In this document: piece by piece, positions 61,634-64,000 of the stretch
Position numbering within the stretch: the first letter of the stretch is position 1
Layout of the letters: every line of letters begins with the position of its first letter
DNA from: Candidatus Gottesmanbacteria bacterium
Lineage (GTDB): Bacteria; Patescibacteriota; Microgenomatia; UBA10105; UBA927
Length of the DNA: 64,000 bases
Direction: 5' to 3'
Assembly (NCBI GenBank): GCA_963714095.1
Contig: OY970230.1
Coordinates: 959,907-1,023,906 of the forward strand
Position numbers and translations under genes: made by a program
The notes under the pieces: model-generated
The model's input: the letters and a program-made list of their open reading frames with translations, nothing else
The model's database searches: none
What the model was told of the DNA's origin: nothing

Positions 61634-61870
61634 AGGCAGGGGAGGAGGGCATGATATAGTTTGATATATAGGCTTATAGTATCCTATAACAATGTGGATA
61701 ATTCTTTTCACGGAATAAAGTGAGTTTATTTCACGCTCGATACGCGCCCTATGCACACCTGTGCAAGAGCACGGTGTGCTGCGCGAGTGGGCCACTGGCC
61801 CACTCGCTTGAGTACACAATGTGTGCGTATTTTTAGTGGTTTGGATTGTTACTACGCGCTATTCTACTTG

Positions 61871-61898
61871 AGCGTCCATAAAGATTATTATGCAATAT
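61871..61898. other. candidate dif-like Xer recombination site
   Basis: AGCGTCCATAA-AGATTA-TTATGCAATAT, 11-6-11 layout with CATAA-N6-TTATG core; xerC-like gene 1.85 kb away. Confidence 0.45.
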
Positions 61899-62191
61899 TA
61901 GCTTCGAAAAGATAGGTTTGGAGCATATTGAAGGCCTAAAAAAACCCGAACGTCCTATACCGGCAGGCACACTTCGTGAGTGCTGATAGCCTTAAAATAG
62001 ATAGATTAGCTCGTTATTACGCTCTAAATAGCGACGTATCCATATCTACGTGGGGTATAAACCAGCCTTGAAAATAGCATTATGGAGCATATTAATGAGC
62101 TAAACTGCACTCATGTTCATCCCGAGCCAACGCGAGGGATCTCGTATTTTAGCTTTGAATATTACGTTTTAGAGCATATTAATGGGCTAAA
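61898..62191. repeat. array of four degenerate 43-bp repeats
   Basis: units start 61898, 61986, 62062, 62149; ..AGCYT.RAA.A...GAGCATATT.A.G..CTAAA (unit 2 most diverged). Confidence 0.6.
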
Positions 62192-62751
62192 TCGTGATGA
62201 CCTCAACACGCGGAGGATAAGAGTTCTTGTTGTATGATATGTGTGCATTTAAGGCTGTAGATTCGTTTAAACACTATCAAGGATAGTTGATCTCTTACCC
62301 GAGGAGAGTGGTTTTCGAGGCTAGGTTGCCCCCTGTTTATAACGCGCTATGGATAATACCTTTTCGGGTGTTTGGAATGCCTATCCTTGCTGCAGGGAAT
62401 CTTTACCTATGTAGTCGCACAATAATACTTTTGCGACGTGTACCAAGGCTTATGCGGGAGAGGCCTTTTCAACGGTATTTTAGATTCCGCGTTGGTTGAA
62501 CAAATATATTGTTGTTTTGTGTTATAGAATTATTCTTTCGATATTCTCTCTTTTATGTTTCTTAATTCTTTTTGTCCATCTTTGGTTTGAGTGGTTTTTC
62601 CGGAATCGCGAAAATGAGAAATTTCGCGTGGTTATAACCCAAACGTTCTTACGGGTGTTGCGTATAGATGAGTAACTGGGCATGCCCATTACCATTAAGC
62701 CGTCCTGGGGCATTACAGAGGCTTCCAGCTGAGGCTAATTTGTGGCTAAGG

Positions 62752-63675
62752 TTATTTGGGCAAAACCCCTGCTTTTTCGAGGATTCCCCTTGCCAAAAAA
62801 TAATTTTTGACGTGGTCCGTTTTTGGTTCAACCAAAATCCAAACATCGTTGCGGTTTTTGAAAAGTTTCAGGAGTTTGATCATTTCCTGTTTATTTGGAA
62901 TTGCATCGCTGGTATCCAGAACCGGATTTGCAAGCGTATCATGATTATCAACGCCGTTATACGGGGCAACGACGAATGAAAGATGGATAAGGTGCGTGGC
63001 TGTGGACAGCGTTTTTGTCGTGTCGTATAAAAATCGCCAGACCTTATTGCGATCGTCCGAAATCATATTGCAGGCCGTGTGTCCGAAATCATTGGCTATG
63101 GCAAATCCGAGAGCCCCAAGATGCAACTGAACCGTTATCGGTAGTTGATAAAAAGTAACTACCTGGGTTCGGTCTCTGTTAGATCTCCAGATTGTTGTAT
63201 CGCGCTGCGGAACGGTTTCCACTGTTAGCATAATTCCTCTTGAATCAGCATATGTTTTTAGTTTTGAAACATTGTCTAGAAAATTCGCAATACATATATC
63301 CGTTTTGGCAGGTTTTGATGCGACAGAAACGTTCATTGTATTAAAATTGACATTCAGCAGTATCTGCATATCAGTATGGATATTTACATAGGCAAAACGG
63401 TTTTGAGCAGCTGTGTCAATTGTGGCGCACATAAGCGCTAAAGACGGTTTTGTGATAGAAGGATCCGGGTATGCAATGTTTGTGAGTAAGCCGCTTTGAA
63501 GGGCGCCCCAATAATGTAAACCTACCTCCATCGGTTCACGCTTCAAATACGAAAATAGATTGCTGTAATCGTCCGCACGGGTTGCATCAAACCAGACTTC
63601 GGCCATTGCAGGATGGGTGGCAGCGATTTCTGAGGCGCTATTACGATTCAAACTTACTTTAATCCCGAGCTTCAT
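62752..63675 (-). CDS. AP endonuclease 2 / xylose isomerase-like TIM-barrel protein
   Basis: E, GLH, NIH, VE, DFGH, IHL, D.H, LVE metal ligands. Confidence 0.75.
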   Translation of the reverse strand: MKLGIKVSLNRNSASEIAATHPAMAEVWFDATRADDYSNLFSYLKREPMEVGLHYWGALQSGLLTNIAYPDPSITKPSLALMCATIDTAAQNRFAYVNIHTDMQILLNVNFNTMNVSVASKPAKTDICIANFLDNVSKLKTYADSRGIMLTVETVPQRDTTIWRSNRDRTQVVTFYQLPITVQLHLGALGFAIANDFGHTACNMISDDRNKVWRFLYDTTKTLSTATHLIHLSFVVAPYNGVDNHDTLANPVLDTSDAIPNKQEMIKLLKLFKNRNDVWILVEPKTDHVKNYFLARGILEKAGVLPK

Positions 63676-63744
63676 TACGTAAGTATATCAGAATACTGCT
63701 TGACAATTATTGCGATGTCGCACATTCTAGTAATAGATACATGT

Positions 63745-64000
63745 ATGAATTTAGACCAATTGGTAAAAGACTTCCTCGAATATCTTGAAATTGAGCGCAA
63801 TGTTTCGCAGCTGACAATCCGTAACTATGCGCACTATTTGCACCGGTATTTGGAGTTCCTGGCGACCTATTCCCCTGCTCCCCCATCATCTTCCGGCGTG
63901 AAATCTGTGAAATATTTGACGAACAAAGATATTACAAACGAGTCAATCCGCGAATTCCGGCTCTATTTGTCCCGGTACGTCGATGCACACGGGATAAGTC
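63745..64000 (+). CDS. XerC/D-like tyrosine recombinase, N-terminal part (runs off window)
   Basis: MNLDQLVKDFLEYLEIERNVSQLTIRNYAHYLHRYLEFL...IT.E.IREFRLYL, integrase SAM-like domain. Confidence 0.85.
   Translation, partial: MNLDQLVKDFLEYLEIERNVSQLTIRNYAHYLHRYLEFLATYSPAPPSSSGVKSVKYLTNKDITNESIREFRLYLSRYVDAHGIS

Noticed and set aside
61898-62191. CRISPR array (GTTTTAGAGC at 62166 resembles a type II repeat start)
   Set aside because: Repeats are too degenerate, the match is only 10 nt in one unit, and no cas gene is in the window; kept only as an unexplained repeat array
61640-62360. oriC
   Set aside because: Only one perfect DnaA box (TGTGGATAA 61693-61701) and a couple of mismatched ones, no dnaA/dnaN nearby, and upstream genes point toward rather than away from the region; not excluded without GC skew
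62287-62979. Short ORFs 62287..62499, 62522..62713, 62649..62846, 62668..62979
   Set aside because: No motifs or start signals, low-complexity composition or antisense to a real gene

Overview
64-kb chromosomal window from a small-genome bacterium. Gene content and style (short EF-Ts, tsf-frr with no pyrH, extended L31, N-terminally truncated RF1, a -10 box directly in front of many start codons) suggest Patescibacteria/CPR, probably Microgenomates; this is inference. Most of it is housekeeping: rpsB-tsf-frr-rseP-proS, dnaX-ebfC...recR, cysS, thyA-folA, ychF-rpsF-ssb-rpsR, hisS, dnaB, tRNA-Leu(CAA), tgt, yebC and a partial xerC-like gene. Four things stand out. (1) At 44.7-46.9 kb an orphan MIO ammonia-lyase (HutH-like, Thr-Ser-Gly triad) lies upstream of hisS. 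It carries a 30-bp perfect palindromic trp-operator-like site next to a TrpR/YerC-family repressor, and an unannotated His-His leader peptide with mutually exclusive SD-sequestering hairpins. Both controls predict expression when histidine is LOW, the opposite of a catabolic hut gene. (2) At 0-8.3 kb there is a cluster of canonical and divergent nucleotide kinases/phosphatases, including three tandem unknown P-loop proteins (one frameshifted in a TA repeat) and a promoter-leader-terminator unit. (3) A 1.1-kb non-coding region near xerC holds a dif-like core directly abutting four phased, degenerate 43-bp repeats and hairpin clusters. (4) Leaderless-type promoter architecture is pervasive. All calls were made by eye; no database searches were run.
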